A stretch of 64,000 nucleotides of DNA from an uncultured Clostridia bacterium. GTDB lineage: Bacteria > Bacillota > Clostridia > Christensenellales > UBA1242. Positions 18,482 to 29,306 of this stretch are shown here, piece after piece (the first letter of the stretch is position 1; every line of letters begins with the position of its first letter). Below the pieces are notes generated by a model. That model was not told the origin of the DNA and did not search any database. It saw nothing but the letters and a program-made list of their open reading frames with translations. A program made the position numbers and the translations under genes. The stretch is taken from the NCBI GenBank assembly GCA_934793215.1, contig CAKVOP010000001.1:138871-202870 (forward strand). Reading direction: 5' to 3'.

Positions 18482-19246
18482 ATGGGTAAAATTTTAAATA
18501 CATCATCATTATCAGCAAAATACACGCTTCCCGACATGTCAGAGCGTGAGATAAATATAAACAGCAATACAACCGCCACGGAAAATATGACAACTTCATT
18601 TGAAAAAGTATTATCTAGCGCCAAGGCCTTTGGGTTTCCGGGGGAATCAATTAAAATCACACTATCTTTAAATAATAAAAGTGAATTTGACATAACAAAT
18701 GTTCATATAAAAGACTCTCTTTCGGGTGCAACATTTCAAGAAGGTAGTTTAGAGATTGACAGGACACCGCATGCTGACTTTAATGCCACAACTGGATATG
18801 CCTTGCCAGAAGTGATTAATGCGGGGCAAAGTGTTGAGATAACTTACAACATTGATATTGACGACCCTCACACATCCGACATAATAAATTTACTTTCAAG
18901 TATATCTTACACGGTTGAGGGCACCGAAGACTTGCAAGAAAACACTAATGTAGTCAATATACAAGTAGAACTGGCAAACATAGTCATCACCAAAACCGCA
19001 AGCAAATCGGTTGTTATTAAAGGGGATACTATTACTTTTGATAATGTAATTAAAAATAATGGGAACCTCGAAGCGACTAATGTAAAATTTACTGATGTAA
19101 TTCCAGAAGGGGCTACTTTTGTTGCAGGAAGTGTTACGATTGATAATCAATCAATGCCGGATGCAGACCCAACGCAGGGGATTAGTCTAAACAACCTAAA
19201 TGTTGGTGGTGAAATAAAGGTATCATTTGATGTTAAGGTGTCGTAA
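18482..19246 (+). CDS. DUF11 (conserved repeat domain) protein, probable spore/cell-surface component
   Basis: Two repeats of the DUF11 pattern (ITLSLNNKSEFDITNVHIKDSL..GATFQEGSLEID and ITKTASKSVVIKGDTITFDNVIKNNGNLEATNVKFTDVIPEGATFVAGSVTIDN). GGAG SD 7 nt before the ATG at 18482. Confidence 0.75.
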   Translation: MGKILNTSSLSAKYTLPDMSEREININSNTTATENMTTSFEKVLSSAKAFGFPGESIKITLSLNNKSEFDITNVHIKDSLSGATFQEGSLEIDRTPHADFNATTGYALPEVINAGQSVEITYNIDIDDPHTSDIINLLSSISYTVEGTEDLQENTNVVNIQVELANIVITKTASKSVVIKGDTITFDNVIKNNGNLEATNVKFTDVIPEGATFVAGSVTIDNQSMPDADPTQGISLNNLNVGGEIKVSFDVKVS

Positions 19247-19530
19247 TGGAAAAAACTTTAAGATTTTTTTCAAGAGTAGACTGCACAGTTGATGGAAGTG
19301 ATTTATCTTTTCAAAGCAATGAAGTTGAAATAAAAGTTATTGAAGAATATGTTATTTTCCAAGATTCAATCAAAATTGGAGCAGATTGTTTTGAGGAAAA
19401 AGGTGACTTCGAATTTGCGAGAACACAACCTTATTACGCAAAATGTTGCATTAAAGCGTGCGAAGTGTGCGATTTTGCAAAATATTTAGAAAGCATAATT
19501 TTGCTGTTAATCGTGCACTATTTGAAATAA
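19246..19530 (+). CDS. Small Cys-containing hypothetical protein (coupled to the DUF11 gene)
   Basis: ATG overlaps the stop of the upstream gene (TAATG). 94 aa with a CCIKACEVC cluster. Confidence 0.5.
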   Translation: MEKTLRFFSRVDCTVDGSDLSFQSNEVEIKVIEEYVIFQDSIKIGADCFEEKGDFEFARTQPYYAKCCIKACEVCDFAKYLESIILLLIVHYLK

Positions 19531-19560
19531 AAAATTAAAAAAATAACAATTGAGGTTTTT

Positions 19561-20814
<1,254 letters not shown>

Positions 20815-20964
20815 TCAAGATATAAAATAAAACATGTTAAAGCAAAGAGGCTTTTTCAACAAAATCAATTTATCGAGTTGCTATGCTCGATGAAACAAAG
20901 ATACTTGCTAGATTTAATAAATATAGATAAAAAATCGCCACAAATTGTGACGATTTTTTATTTT

Positions 20965-21753
20965 TTATTGTTCTATATATTTCTTATTGAATTTTCTTCT
21001 TCTCATATACAGTATATACAATATGGTAGAAATAATATTGATTGGTATCATAATGTAGATAACTATTTGCCAAGGGTCAAAAACCTCTTTTTGAGTGTAG
21101 ATGTTGAGGTCAAGTTGAACAATGGTATTTTCGTAGTTGTCCTTGTCTTCGCCTTCGTATTGTGCATCAACTCTTTGAACTCCATTTTTGAGTGTGGTGC
21201 TAGGTACAACCCAAACCCAATCGGCGGGGAGAATAACATCAGCAAGTGATTTTGCGTTCTTTTTAATTTTTACTTGGTTTCCATCAAGAGTTGGAATCTT
21301 TTGTTTTAAAATTGTCATTTGGTATGAGCTTATCTTTTCGTTATAGTCGTCATGCGATAGTTTGTAATATACAGTATAGGTTTGTGCATAGTCCACAAAG
21401 TTCTCTTTAATTTCATCTTCGGTGTAGAAATTTTCGTTGTCACGAGAATAAGTCACTTTTACTGCATCAGCTATGAGAGGGTCGTTATAACTCACTTTAT
21501 AAACTTGACCATGCTTATTGTATTTAAGCGGAGTTGTGTCGATTTCAATTTTTTCCTCGTCAAAATCAAGTTTTTCAGTGTTGTCTAGAAGAGAGCATTG
21601 AGTTACGTCTTGTGTCGCACTTGAGTGAGAATTTGAGTTTAGGTGTGTAATAGTCGCGAAACTAGGCATGCAAAAGACTGCAACACTTAATAAAGCAAAT
21701 AGCAGAAAAGACAAACTTATAGTTTTAGATTTGGTAAATTGCACGTTTATCAC
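20965..21753 (-). CDS. Secreted protein with signal peptide and C-terminal TM anchor
   Basis: N-terminal hydrophobic signal (ISLSFLLFALLSVAVFCMPSFA) and C-terminal IVIYIMIPINIISTILYILYM followed by RRRKFNKK. Confidence 0.65.
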   Translation of the reverse strand: MINVQFTKSKTISLSFLLFALLSVAVFCMPSFATITHLNSNSHSSATQDVTQCSLLDNTEKLDFDEEKIEIDTTPLKYNKHGQVYKVSYNDPLIADAVKVTYSRDNENFYTEDEIKENFVDYAQTYTVYYKLSHDDYNEKISSYQMTILKQKIPTLDGNQVKIKKNAKSLADVILPADWVWVVPSTTLKNGVQRVDAQYEGEDKDNYENTIVQLDLNIYTQKEVFDPWQIVIYIMIPINIISTILYILYMRRRKFNKKYIEQ

Positions 21754-22056
21754 TCCTTATTAGTTTTTATGGCAGAGCCCATTTCATTTTTAGTATAGCA
21801 TTAATTATCAAAAATTAAAAACAAAAAAGAAAATTTGTTTTAAAAATCGAAAATTTTATATTAAAGGCTTTGAAAAATTCCCAAATATAAGAAATAAATC
21901 GAAAATTTATTCGTTTTTGTCAAAAAATAATCAATTTTTTAAAGAAATCTAATCAAATTATATTATTAAATTATTTTTTTTAAACTAAATCCAAAAAGTT
22001 GCGATTTTGTTGACAATATTTGCGTAAAATGATAATATTTAATCAGGAGGAAAAGT

Positions 22057-23118
22057 ATGGGACTTTTTAATTTTGTAAAAAAACAATTGCTTTCTGTCAT
22101 TGAATGGAATGACAATTCAAAGGACACCCTTGTTTATAGATTTAAACTCGAAAAACGAGAAGAAATCATGAATAGTTCGACATTGGTTGTTCGCCCATCA
22201 CAAGTGGCTTTATTTGTTCACAAAGGTCAAGTTTGTGATGTTTTTGCACCGGGGACATATAAACTTGCAACAGAGAATATTCCAATTCTTACCAAGATTT
22301 TGTCGCTCCCAACAGGGTTTAATAGTCCAATTAAAGCTGAGGTTTATTTTATAAACACAAAGCAAATGACTGGCATTAAATGGGGCACACAAAATCCAAT
22401 TATGATGCGCGATAACGATTTTGGGAATGTTAGAATTCGTGCGTATGGTGTATATAGTTACAAAGTAAACGATCCTAAAAAGTTTATGGAAGAAATGTTT
22501 GGTACAAACGAACTTTACACAACTGCTGATGTGGGCGCTCAAATGAAATCAGTGCTTTTGCAAGGATTTGCTGATGCTCTTGGTGAAGGCAAGTTTAATG
22601 CTCTTGACTTGGCTGCAAACTATAAAGAACTTGGAAGCATGATTGTTGAGAAGAACTCAGACGAGTTTGCAAGATTTGGACTTAAACTTTGCTCTGTTGT
22701 TATTGAAAACATTTCTCTTCCAGAAGAGGTAGAAAAGGCACTTGACGAACGCACAAAAGTTGGTGTTATGGAAGACAAAGTTGGCACTTATACTCAACTT
22801 CAAGCCGCACAAGCACTCCGCGATGCAGCTCAAAATACAAGCGGTGGAAATCTCGCTGGTCTTGGCGTAGGCCTTGGTGCTGGCGTGGGCATCGGGAATG
22901 TTTTTGCTGACGCACTTGCTTCTGCAAAAGATAAGCCAAAAGAGAGTGGGAAACAAGGCACAAAAGAGTGTCCAGTTTGTCACGCTTCAATGCGTGCGAC
23001 AGCAAAGTTCTGCCCAGAATGCGGAAACAAAATGGCAACTACAAAGCATTGTCCAAACTGCGGAAGCGAAGTTAAGTCTACAGCAAAATTCTGCCCAGAA
23101 TGTGGTGAAAAATTATAA
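22057..23118 (+). CDS. SPFH/band-7 domain protein with a C-terminal double zinc ribbon (YdjI/COG4260-like)
   Basis: N-terminus MGLFNFVKKQLLSVIEWNDNSKDTLVYRF is typical of the YdjI/'virion core protein-like' SPFH family. C-terminus has CPVCHA..FCPECG and CPNCGS..FCPECG. Confidence 0.8.
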   Translation: MGLFNFVKKQLLSVIEWNDNSKDTLVYRFKLEKREEIMNSSTLVVRPSQVALFVHKGQVCDVFAPGTYKLATENIPILTKILSLPTGFNSPIKAEVYFINTKQMTGIKWGTQNPIMMRDNDFGNVRIRAYGVYSYKVNDPKKFMEEMFGTNELYTTADVGAQMKSVLLQGFADALGEGKFNALDLAANYKELGSMIVEKNSDEFARFGLKLCSVVIENISLPEEVEKALDERTKVGVMEDKVGTYTQLQAAQALRDAAQNTSGGNLAGLGVGLGAGVGIGNVFADALASAKDKPKESGKQGTKECPVCHASMRATAKFCPECGNKMATTKHCPNCGSEVKSTAKFCPECGEKL

Positions 23119-24176
23119 TGGCGACTGCTAAAAAGAAAGTGTCATCAAAGTGCCCAGGTTGTGGTGGAAACCTTTTGTTCTCGCCCAATAGTCAAGATTT
23201 GGTGTGTGAAAAATGCTTGGCACATGTTGGAATTGAAAAAAATAATGATATTCCGCTTCATGTTTACCAAATAGGCAAAAATTCAAAAGATAATAGTGAT
23301 TGGCAAGCGATTGGACGCTCGTTTAGATGTAAATCTTGTGGTGGTCAAGTATCATTGTCTGGACTAGAAATCACTAAAATTTGTCCATATTGTGGAAGCA
23401 CATATGTGAGTGAAGTAGAGTCCTTGCCTGGATTAAAACCAGATTGTGTTATTCCATTCGCTTTTGATAAATCTGTCGCATTGCAAACGTTTAAGGAAAA
23501 AGCGAAAAAAAAGAAATTCTTGCCGGGGACATTTAAAAAATCTTTACCAGAAAGCAAGATATATGGGTTGTATATTCCATGTTTTTCGTTTGATGCTGAT
23601 GCATATTCAACCTATAAGGGTGTTCTTGAAGAAAATTACACTACGACAGATAGAGAAGGAAAAACTATTGTTGAAACTAGACCTTTTCCAATTTCTGGGT
23701 CAGTAAATCTTAATCTTAAAAATGTAGTAATTGAAGCAAGCCAAAAAATGACGCAATCAGAACTTGGCTCAATACTACCTTATAGGCATAACGAAGCGTA
23801 TAAATTTGATGAAGGTTTTTTGAGAGGATTTTATGTGGAACATTACAGCGATTCTCTTGATGAAAGTCATGATAAGGCTCGAAATGTTATGAATAGCGAA
23901 ATTAGGCGCAATATTTTGTCTCAATATCATTATGATAGAGTTCGCTATCTTGACATTGATTCAAATTATTCAAACGAGCATTATCTTTACAAACTTTTGC
24001 CAGTATACAAGTTTGAATACACCTACAAAAAGAAAAAGTATCTCACATGCATGAATGGTCAAACGGGAGAACTACAAAACAACATGCCAAAAAGCGGTTG
24101 GAAAATTTTTGGTCTAGTATTGGGAATTCTTGTGCCAATTATACTTTTCGTACTTTTGTTTATATTTATAAATTAA
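23118..24176 (+). CDS. Zinc-ribbon membrane protein (YdjG-like)
   Basis: ATG overlaps the upstream stop (TAATG). CPGCGG..CEKC and CKSCGG..CPYCGS ribbons. C-terminal TM (IFGLVLGILVPIILFVLLFIFI). Confidence 0.65.
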   Translation: MATAKKKVSSKCPGCGGNLLFSPNSQDLVCEKCLAHVGIEKNNDIPLHVYQIGKNSKDNSDWQAIGRSFRCKSCGGQVSLSGLEITKICPYCGSTYVSEVESLPGLKPDCVIPFAFDKSVALQTFKEKAKKKKFLPGTFKKSLPESKIYGLYIPCFSFDADAYSTYKGVLEENYTTTDREGKTIVETRPFPISGSVNLNLKNVVIEASQKMTQSELGSILPYRHNEAYKFDEGFLRGFYVEHYSDSLDESHDKARNVMNSEIRRNILSQYHYDRVRYLDIDSNYSNEHYLYKLLPVYKFEYTYKKKKYLTCMNGQTGELQNNMPKSGWKIFGLVLGILVPIILFVLLFIFIN

Positions 24177-24194
24177 TTTTTAAAAGGAGAAAAA

Positions 24195-24647
24195 ATGAAT
24201 AGAATTGAAAGAAATAAAAAAGCCCTTATTGGTTTGTCTATTGGAATCATTGTGTTAGGCGTTATTTTCCAAGCCGTAGGTATCATGCTTACAGTGTTTG
24301 GTGGTAGAGGGCTTGCTCAATCAGGTGCAAAGGCAGGGGCGATAGTCGAACTAGTTTTTGGTATCATAATGATTTTGCTTGGTCTTGTCGGTGTTTGCTT
24401 TGGAATTGTTACGACATGGACAGGAAGTGCACTAAAAGCAATACAAGGTTCTATTGCCGAAGATAACCTTGGGAAAGGCACAGTTAATATGCACAAATGT
24501 CAAATTTGTGGGGCGGAAATTTTAGGTGATGAAACTTTTTGCCCAGTTTGCGGAAATAGTTTGACAGGGGAAAAGACTTGTCCAAATTGTGGAGCCGAGG
24601 TTGGAGATCACGATAGAAATTGCACAAAGTGTGGTAAAGAACTGTAA
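24195..24647 (+). CDS. Small 2-TM protein with C-terminal zinc ribbons
   Basis: Two hydrophobic spans, then CQICGA..FCPVCG and CPNCGA..CTKCG. GGAG SD. Confidence 0.65.
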   Translation: MNRIERNKKALIGLSIGIIVLGVIFQAVGIMLTVFGGRGLAQSGAKAGAIVELVFGIIMILLGLVGVCFGIVTTWTGSALKAIQGSIAEDNLGKGTVNMHKCQICGAEILGDETFCPVCGNSLTGEKTCPNCGAEVGDHDRNCTKCGKEL

Positions 24648-24830
24648 TCTGTATATGGGCTTGGTAGACTATTCTGGCTAGTAAACCGTAATAAGTAAAC
24701 AAATTAGATTATATAAGATAAGGCTATGATTTTTGATGATAATTTTTATCAAAGAGGCCTTATTTTTTTTGCTTAATATTGACAATGTGTAACTTTATGT
24801 GATAAAATAGCCAAGCATTTTGGAGGCTAA

Positions 24831-25412
24831 ATGATAAAAAATAATAAACCTATTACAGCAAATGAAAAAATGAATGTCGAGCACGAAGTTTTTATTTCTA
24901 CCAGAGAGGGGAGAGTTTGTTTTGAAGAAATTACCCACAAGAAAGTTAAAGACAAGATTACAAATAAAAACTACTTGGTCTCTTATGGTAAACTTATCGG
25001 TGATAATGAAAGTGTTTGCATGATTATTGAGCAAGGGAAAGAACCATTATTTTTTGGTCAAATGCATGGATACTTACATGGGGATATATTTATCAAGATT
25101 GAAAACAAAAAACTATTCATGGGAATATATGAAAATTCGCTTGAACAATACTTTGATTTCCGTAGAAAAGGAGAGAAGTATTTGCCAATGCAAGCCGTTC
25201 TTATGCTCAATCTTTCGACTGGCGAAAGAGATGGATATGTAAAAGAAAATTTAAGAGCAATAACATATTGGGACATGTCCAGCCAAGCAACCAAGGACAA
25301 AACAGCACGCTATTTATATCGCTCAACCGAAAAAGCATTTAATGAATTAAATGAAGAAATTTTTAAATTAAAGAAAAAAGAAATTGCAAATAGGCATGTT
25401 GAAAGACAATAA
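24831..25412 (+). CDS. Hypothetical protein
   Basis: 193-aa ORF with a GGAGG SD and a terminator-like hairpin downstream. No recognisable motif. Confidence 0.55.
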   Translation: MIKNNKPITANEKMNVEHEVFISTREGRVCFEEITHKKVKDKITNKNYLVSYGKLIGDNESVCMIIEQGKEPLFFGQMHGYLHGDIFIKIENKKLFMGIYENSLEQYFDFRRKGEKYLPMQAVLMLNLSTGERDGYVKENLRAITYWDMSSQATKDKTARYLYRSTEKAFNELNEEIFKLKKKEIANRHVERQ

Positions 25413-25535
25413 TACTACTATTTAAAAGTTAAAAAAAGACATATGTTGGTTTATCGATATATGTCTTTTTTATTACTTATTCAAATATAATTTTTGCATT
25501 TTATCAAGTTGATTTAGAATGAAATTCGATATTTA

Positions 25536-26303
25536 TTAATCTTGTGAAGCTTCGCTTTTGAGAGGTTCGCTTTCGTTATCAGTGGTTAATGTTTTTTCAA
25601 GCGTTTCATTATTTTGAATGCCGTTATTTTCATATTCAACGTTTGAATTGTTTTTGCTTTCTTCTACAACAATTAAATGCTTTTGATTTTTATCTGCCTT
25701 GTCTTTTGGCTTTTTAGCAGTTTTCTTATCTTTATTTGAATGGAATAAACTTAAAAACTTTGCAAATCGCATAATGATTGCTTCTGCATGATCCATTGAG
25801 TAGCGTTTCATAAAGGCCTTTCCAGAAATGGTTATGGCTGCTATAACTGCCGATACAAGCGAGGCAATCACGATTCCCCAAAATCCAGTTATTTTGTTTG
25901 TGATAATTGCACTTGTAACGGTTGCTCCTGCCGCACCCGAAAGAATACCGCATACATCACCAACAATATCACCAAATATACTTGCGACCCTATCAGCATT
26001 TTTTTTCAGTTTTATAGCGTCTTTTGCACCTCGCACCTTTTTAGACGCCATTGCCCTGAAAGGTTTCATGTCACAAGCGGTGATCGCAACGCTTAACATA
26101 TCTGCTACTATTGCTATAAAAACGAAAACAAGTATCACAACTATTGACACAGCGATTCCTGCACTTGATAAAGATATTTCGCTTAATACACCAAAGCACA
26201 TGCAGATTGCAAATGAGATTGCAAGCACTGCCAGTGGCCACCTAATTGCAGAATGATTTTTGACTTTTCCCTTTACTTTCTTTTTCCTCGGGCTGGGGTT
26301 CAT
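25536..26303 (-). CDS. Polytopic membrane protein (possibly DUF21/CNNM-like TM domain) with a hydrophilic C-terminal tail
   Basis: AAGGAG SD precedes the ATG at 26303 (MNPSPRKKK...). The ORF-track ATG at 26333 lies inside a 5'-UTR hairpin. About 4 TM spans. The family assignment is only a gestalt impression. Confidence 0.55.
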   Translation of the reverse strand: MNPSPRKKKVKGKVKNHSAIRWPLAVLAISFAICMCFGVLSEISLSSAGIAVSIVVILVFVFIAIVADMLSVAITACDMKPFRAMASKKVRGAKDAIKLKKNADRVASIFGDIVGDVCGILSGAAGATVTSAIITNKITGFWGIVIASLVSAVIAAITISGKAFMKRYSMDHAEAIIMRFAKFLSLFHSNKDKKTAKKPKDKADKNQKHLIVVEESKNNSNVEYENNGIQNNETLEKTLTTDNESEPLKSEASQD

Positions 26304-26472
26304 GTAAGATGCTCCTTTTAGGGGAGTTTCCATTCAAATAACCAGTGCTTGAATGGAAACTCCCGCTTTAAATTTATATGAATTTCAAAGAATTTCGCGT
26401 TACTTTTATGCGAAATGTACTTATAGATATATATTAGCACATTTTTACCAAAATTTCAAGAATTTGTGGAAC

Positions 26473-27056
26473 AAAAAAGAGTCCCTGATGAGACTCTTTT
26501 GAAGACAGCATTATAAGTAAACCTTGTGTCATAGGTTCGGTCGGATTTCCCGTCTTCGCACTGTTCGTCACCGAAGCCAGCAGTTTCCTTTTAAGCGAGG
26601 AGCAACACCGAATCGCCACTCAGCACACACTATAATCCCTATAATGCCTGCAAATGCAACAGTCTAGAAGTTTTCCTTAACACCAATCTATGTTATTCCC
26701 TTGTTTTGCAATTATAGTTTCAAAGGCAAGGCGAGATTTGTTCTCGCGCGCGAATAAACCTCGATGAAACCTTATCCCCATATAATCACGCAAAGTAGGC
26801 TACGCTGCACACGACTTTTACCGCAATGCAGGTTCTCCTGGAGAGTGGAAAAATAAATTTTGCACCCTATCAGGTCTCCACGAAAATTGGGGCATCTGCT
26901 ATATGCCGTTATAGCTCGCCCAATAATCTTAACTCCCAGCACCAGCCCCAGTTTGGGCAACCAAAGCAAGCACCAGAAACTTCACAGATATGCCAATCGA
27001 CGCCATAAAATTTCGTCTTCCTAACATGACAAGATGACTAGAATACTGCATCTTCT
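26473..27056 (-). ncRNA. Candidate large (~580 nt) structured non-coding RNA, class unknown
   Basis: Own promoter (27063-27091) and own intrinsic terminator (26473-26500). Locally GC-enriched. Only 60-65 aa ORFs without SD. Multiple local hairpins. The ends are predicted, not measured. Confidence 0.55.
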
Positions 27057-27062
27057 ATATAA

Positions 27063-27091
27063 ATTATAGCATATCCATTTAAAAAATTCAA
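27063..27091 (-). promoter_or_regulatory. Sigma-A type promoter driving the candidate ncRNA
   Basis: Minus strand: TTGAAT (27091-27086), 17-nt spacer, TATAAT (27068-27063). Confidence 0.65.
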
Positions 27092-27188
27092 GTGTGGTAA
27101 ATAAAGTTGATAAAAATCATAAAATTTTTAAAAAAACTATTGAATAAATCTTTCTAATATATTAAACTAAAACTACAAAAGAGGTATT

Positions 27189-29015
27189 ATGACAACTGAA
27201 TCCCCAAAACAAATTACAATAGAGAACCTTTTAAAGGAATTTGATGATGTGGTCGCCATGCATGGCGGAATACCACGCGACTTATGGGGGATAGATTGTC
27301 CTCAAACATTGAGGGAGCAAATCCAAGCACTTCCTAAAAAAGTTGAATTTGAAGAATATGGCAAAGGTAAAGTTAGACTCCCAAATGGAGATGTAATAGA
27401 TGACCTTCGACACCTTGAATTTATAACAGTAGATCCACAATCTTGTAAAGATATGGATGATGCAATATGTTGTGAGATTGCGAAAAATGGCGATTATATT
27501 TTATATACTGCTATCGCAGATGTTCCAAGATATTTTGATTTGACGGAAGATATTGCAAATGGTGACTTGAACAGCATTGGGCAGGTGTATTTTAATGGCG
27601 GGTATACAATGTATAGCCCATTTAAAGCTTATAATATTTTGCCAGAAGAGTTGAGTGACAACCTTTGCTCTTTAAAGGCAGGCGAAGACAGGCTTGCTTT
27701 TGTTACAAGAATCGTGATTGATCCTGTGACAGGCAAGCAGAAAGGTGAGCCCAAAATTATGGAAGCACTTGTAAAAAGTAGGGCAAAACTCTCTTATAAC
27801 GAGGCTCAAGCCATTGTTGACAGCCAAATGTCAAAAGTTAGAAGCGAAAATGCTAATGAAGTTGTTATTGGACAGGTTTTGATAGGACAAATGGTTGCTG
27901 ATTCAATAAGAAATGGATTTGCTAGCCGTGACATGGTTCGTTTCCCTGATGAAGAAGAAAGAAGCATTAGCATTGAAGACGGACAAATAAAGGTAGAAAT
28001 AGAAAAAAGACTTCCTTATCAAGATGTTGTTGAGGCATTTATGATTATGACAAACGAAGCAAACGCCCAATTTGCTCGTGAGAAGAAGCTAGATGTCATT
28101 TATAGAGTGCACGCATCTCCAAACAGCAACAATGGTGGAGAAGATATTCTTTCTCTTGTAAGACTTTTACAAATTATGCCTCTTCATGGATTCGAAGAAA
28201 GTATTGAGTCTATCTCACAAGTTACACCAGGAACATTCAATCGAATATTCGACCTTGTTAAAAGTGAAAATGGGGCAAAAAATGAAATATACAAAAAGTT
28301 TCTGTCTCGCATCCAAGCAAGAGCAGAAAGTTCATTGGATATTCCAAAATCAATCTGTTATGACTATATAAGCGGACGTAAGTATGAATACTCTCACTTT
28401 GGGCTTCAAAGTGATTGCTACATGCATATCACATCACCAATAAGAAGAATAACTGACTATGTTAATATAAAAAATATTCTTGCTTTTGTGCAAGGCAAAG
28501 AGCCTCTTTTGGCAGAAATAGTGGCAAAAGTTGCCATGCAAGCAAACGCCACTTGCGCTGAAGTCGACAAAGCGGGAATGGATTTCATGGAGATTGTTGC
28601 TGGTCATTACTACGGAGAGGAACGCATTGTAAGTGCAACTCTATGTGATTTTGATTATAGCAAAAACGGATACTGCATATTTGAAGATGATGCGACAGGA
28701 TTTAGAATAAATGTTCCAATGGAAGAATTTTCTCACGGGCTTTATGTCGAGCAAGAAAAATGGGGATTTACTTTATATGGAGATGTTGTTGCTGCTCTAG
28801 GGCAAAAAGAAACACTTTTAGTTCAAGTTAATGATGATTTGACAATAAGCGGTCATGTCATTAATGCAAGAAGCCATCATATTGCACAAGAAGGTGGGAA
28901 ATTTCATTCTGAACGCGAAAGATTTGAAAAACGCAAACTTTCCAAAAAGAAAGCAAAAATGAGGGATAGGGCGATGCATTTGCACTATGACCTTGATCCA
29001 AGTGAAAGAGAATAA
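27189..29015 (+). CDS. RNB-domain exoribonuclease (RNase II/R family)
   Basis: RNB catalytic signatures DPQSCKDMDDAI and HFGLQSDCYMHITSPIRRITDYVN. 608 aa. Confidence 0.85.
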   Translation: MTTESPKQITIENLLKEFDDVVAMHGGIPRDLWGIDCPQTLREQIQALPKKVEFEEYGKGKVRLPNGDVIDDLRHLEFITVDPQSCKDMDDAICCEIAKNGDYILYTAIADVPRYFDLTEDIANGDLNSIGQVYFNGGYTMYSPFKAYNILPEELSDNLCSLKAGEDRLAFVTRIVIDPVTGKQKGEPKIMEALVKSRAKLSYNEAQAIVDSQMSKVRSENANEVVIGQVLIGQMVADSIRNGFASRDMVRFPDEEERSISIEDGQIKVEIEKRLPYQDVVEAFMIMTNEANAQFAREKKLDVIYRVHASPNSNNGGEDILSLVRLLQIMPLHGFEESIESISQVTPGTFNRIFDLVKSENGAKNEIYKKFLSRIQARAESSLDIPKSICYDYISGRKYEYSHFGLQSDCYMHITSPIRRITDYVNIKNILAFVQGKEPLLAEIVAKVAMQANATCAEVDKAGMDFMEIVAGHYYGEERIVSATLCDFDYSKNGYCIFEDDATGFRINVPMEEFSHGLYVEQEKWGFTLYGDVVAALGQKETLLVQVNDDLTISGHVINARSHHIAQEGGKFHSERERFEKRKLSKKKAKMRDRAMHLHYDLDPSERE

Positions 29016-29306
29016 TTCATTAAAAGTCATTAAAAATTTGCATTTTTTAGCAAAAAAAATGTAGAAAACCATAAATCATTAAAAATTACGCCATTTTATG
29101 GCGTTTTTTTTTACTTATTTATTTTTGTGAGAACAATACGAATTACAATAAAGCAATTATTTTTTTGTTCTTTAATTAGGACAGCACATTTACATACCAA
29201 TATAATTTTATCTAAAATAAAATTTCTCTTATAAAATGTATAATCTTTGTTTTGTTAATAAAATTAAATTATGTATAATAATTGTATAATAAATTGAGGT
29301 GACTAA

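Noticed and set aside
20878-21249. 123-aa plus-strand ORF overlapping the 3' end of the 20965-21753 gene
   Set aside because: It overlaps a better-supported gene that has a signal peptide and a TM anchor. It has no SD.
25828-26256. 142-aa ORF antisense to the membrane-protein gene
   Set aside because: This is a hydrophobic mirror-frame artefact. The minus-strand gene has a promoter, an SD and a consistent TM topology.
26434-27008. Three 60-65 aa ORFs (26434-26619 -, 26772-26969 -, 26826-27008 +)
   Set aside because: They have no SD sequences and sit in mixed frames and strands. Their composition is Cys/Arg/Gln-rich and unlike the surrounding proteome. They lie within a promoter-to-terminator unit better explained as RNA.
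26473-27056. Whether the large ORF-free RNA candidate is RNase P RNA, tmRNA, SRP RNA or an ORF-less group II intron
   Set aside because: On the minus-strand sequence I found no P4-type GAGGAAAGTCC/ACA..GGCTTA pair. There is no tmRNA-like tRNA-Ala end or ...TCCACCA 3' end. There is no group II 5' GTGYG or domain-V-like 34-nt hairpin. The class therefore remains open.
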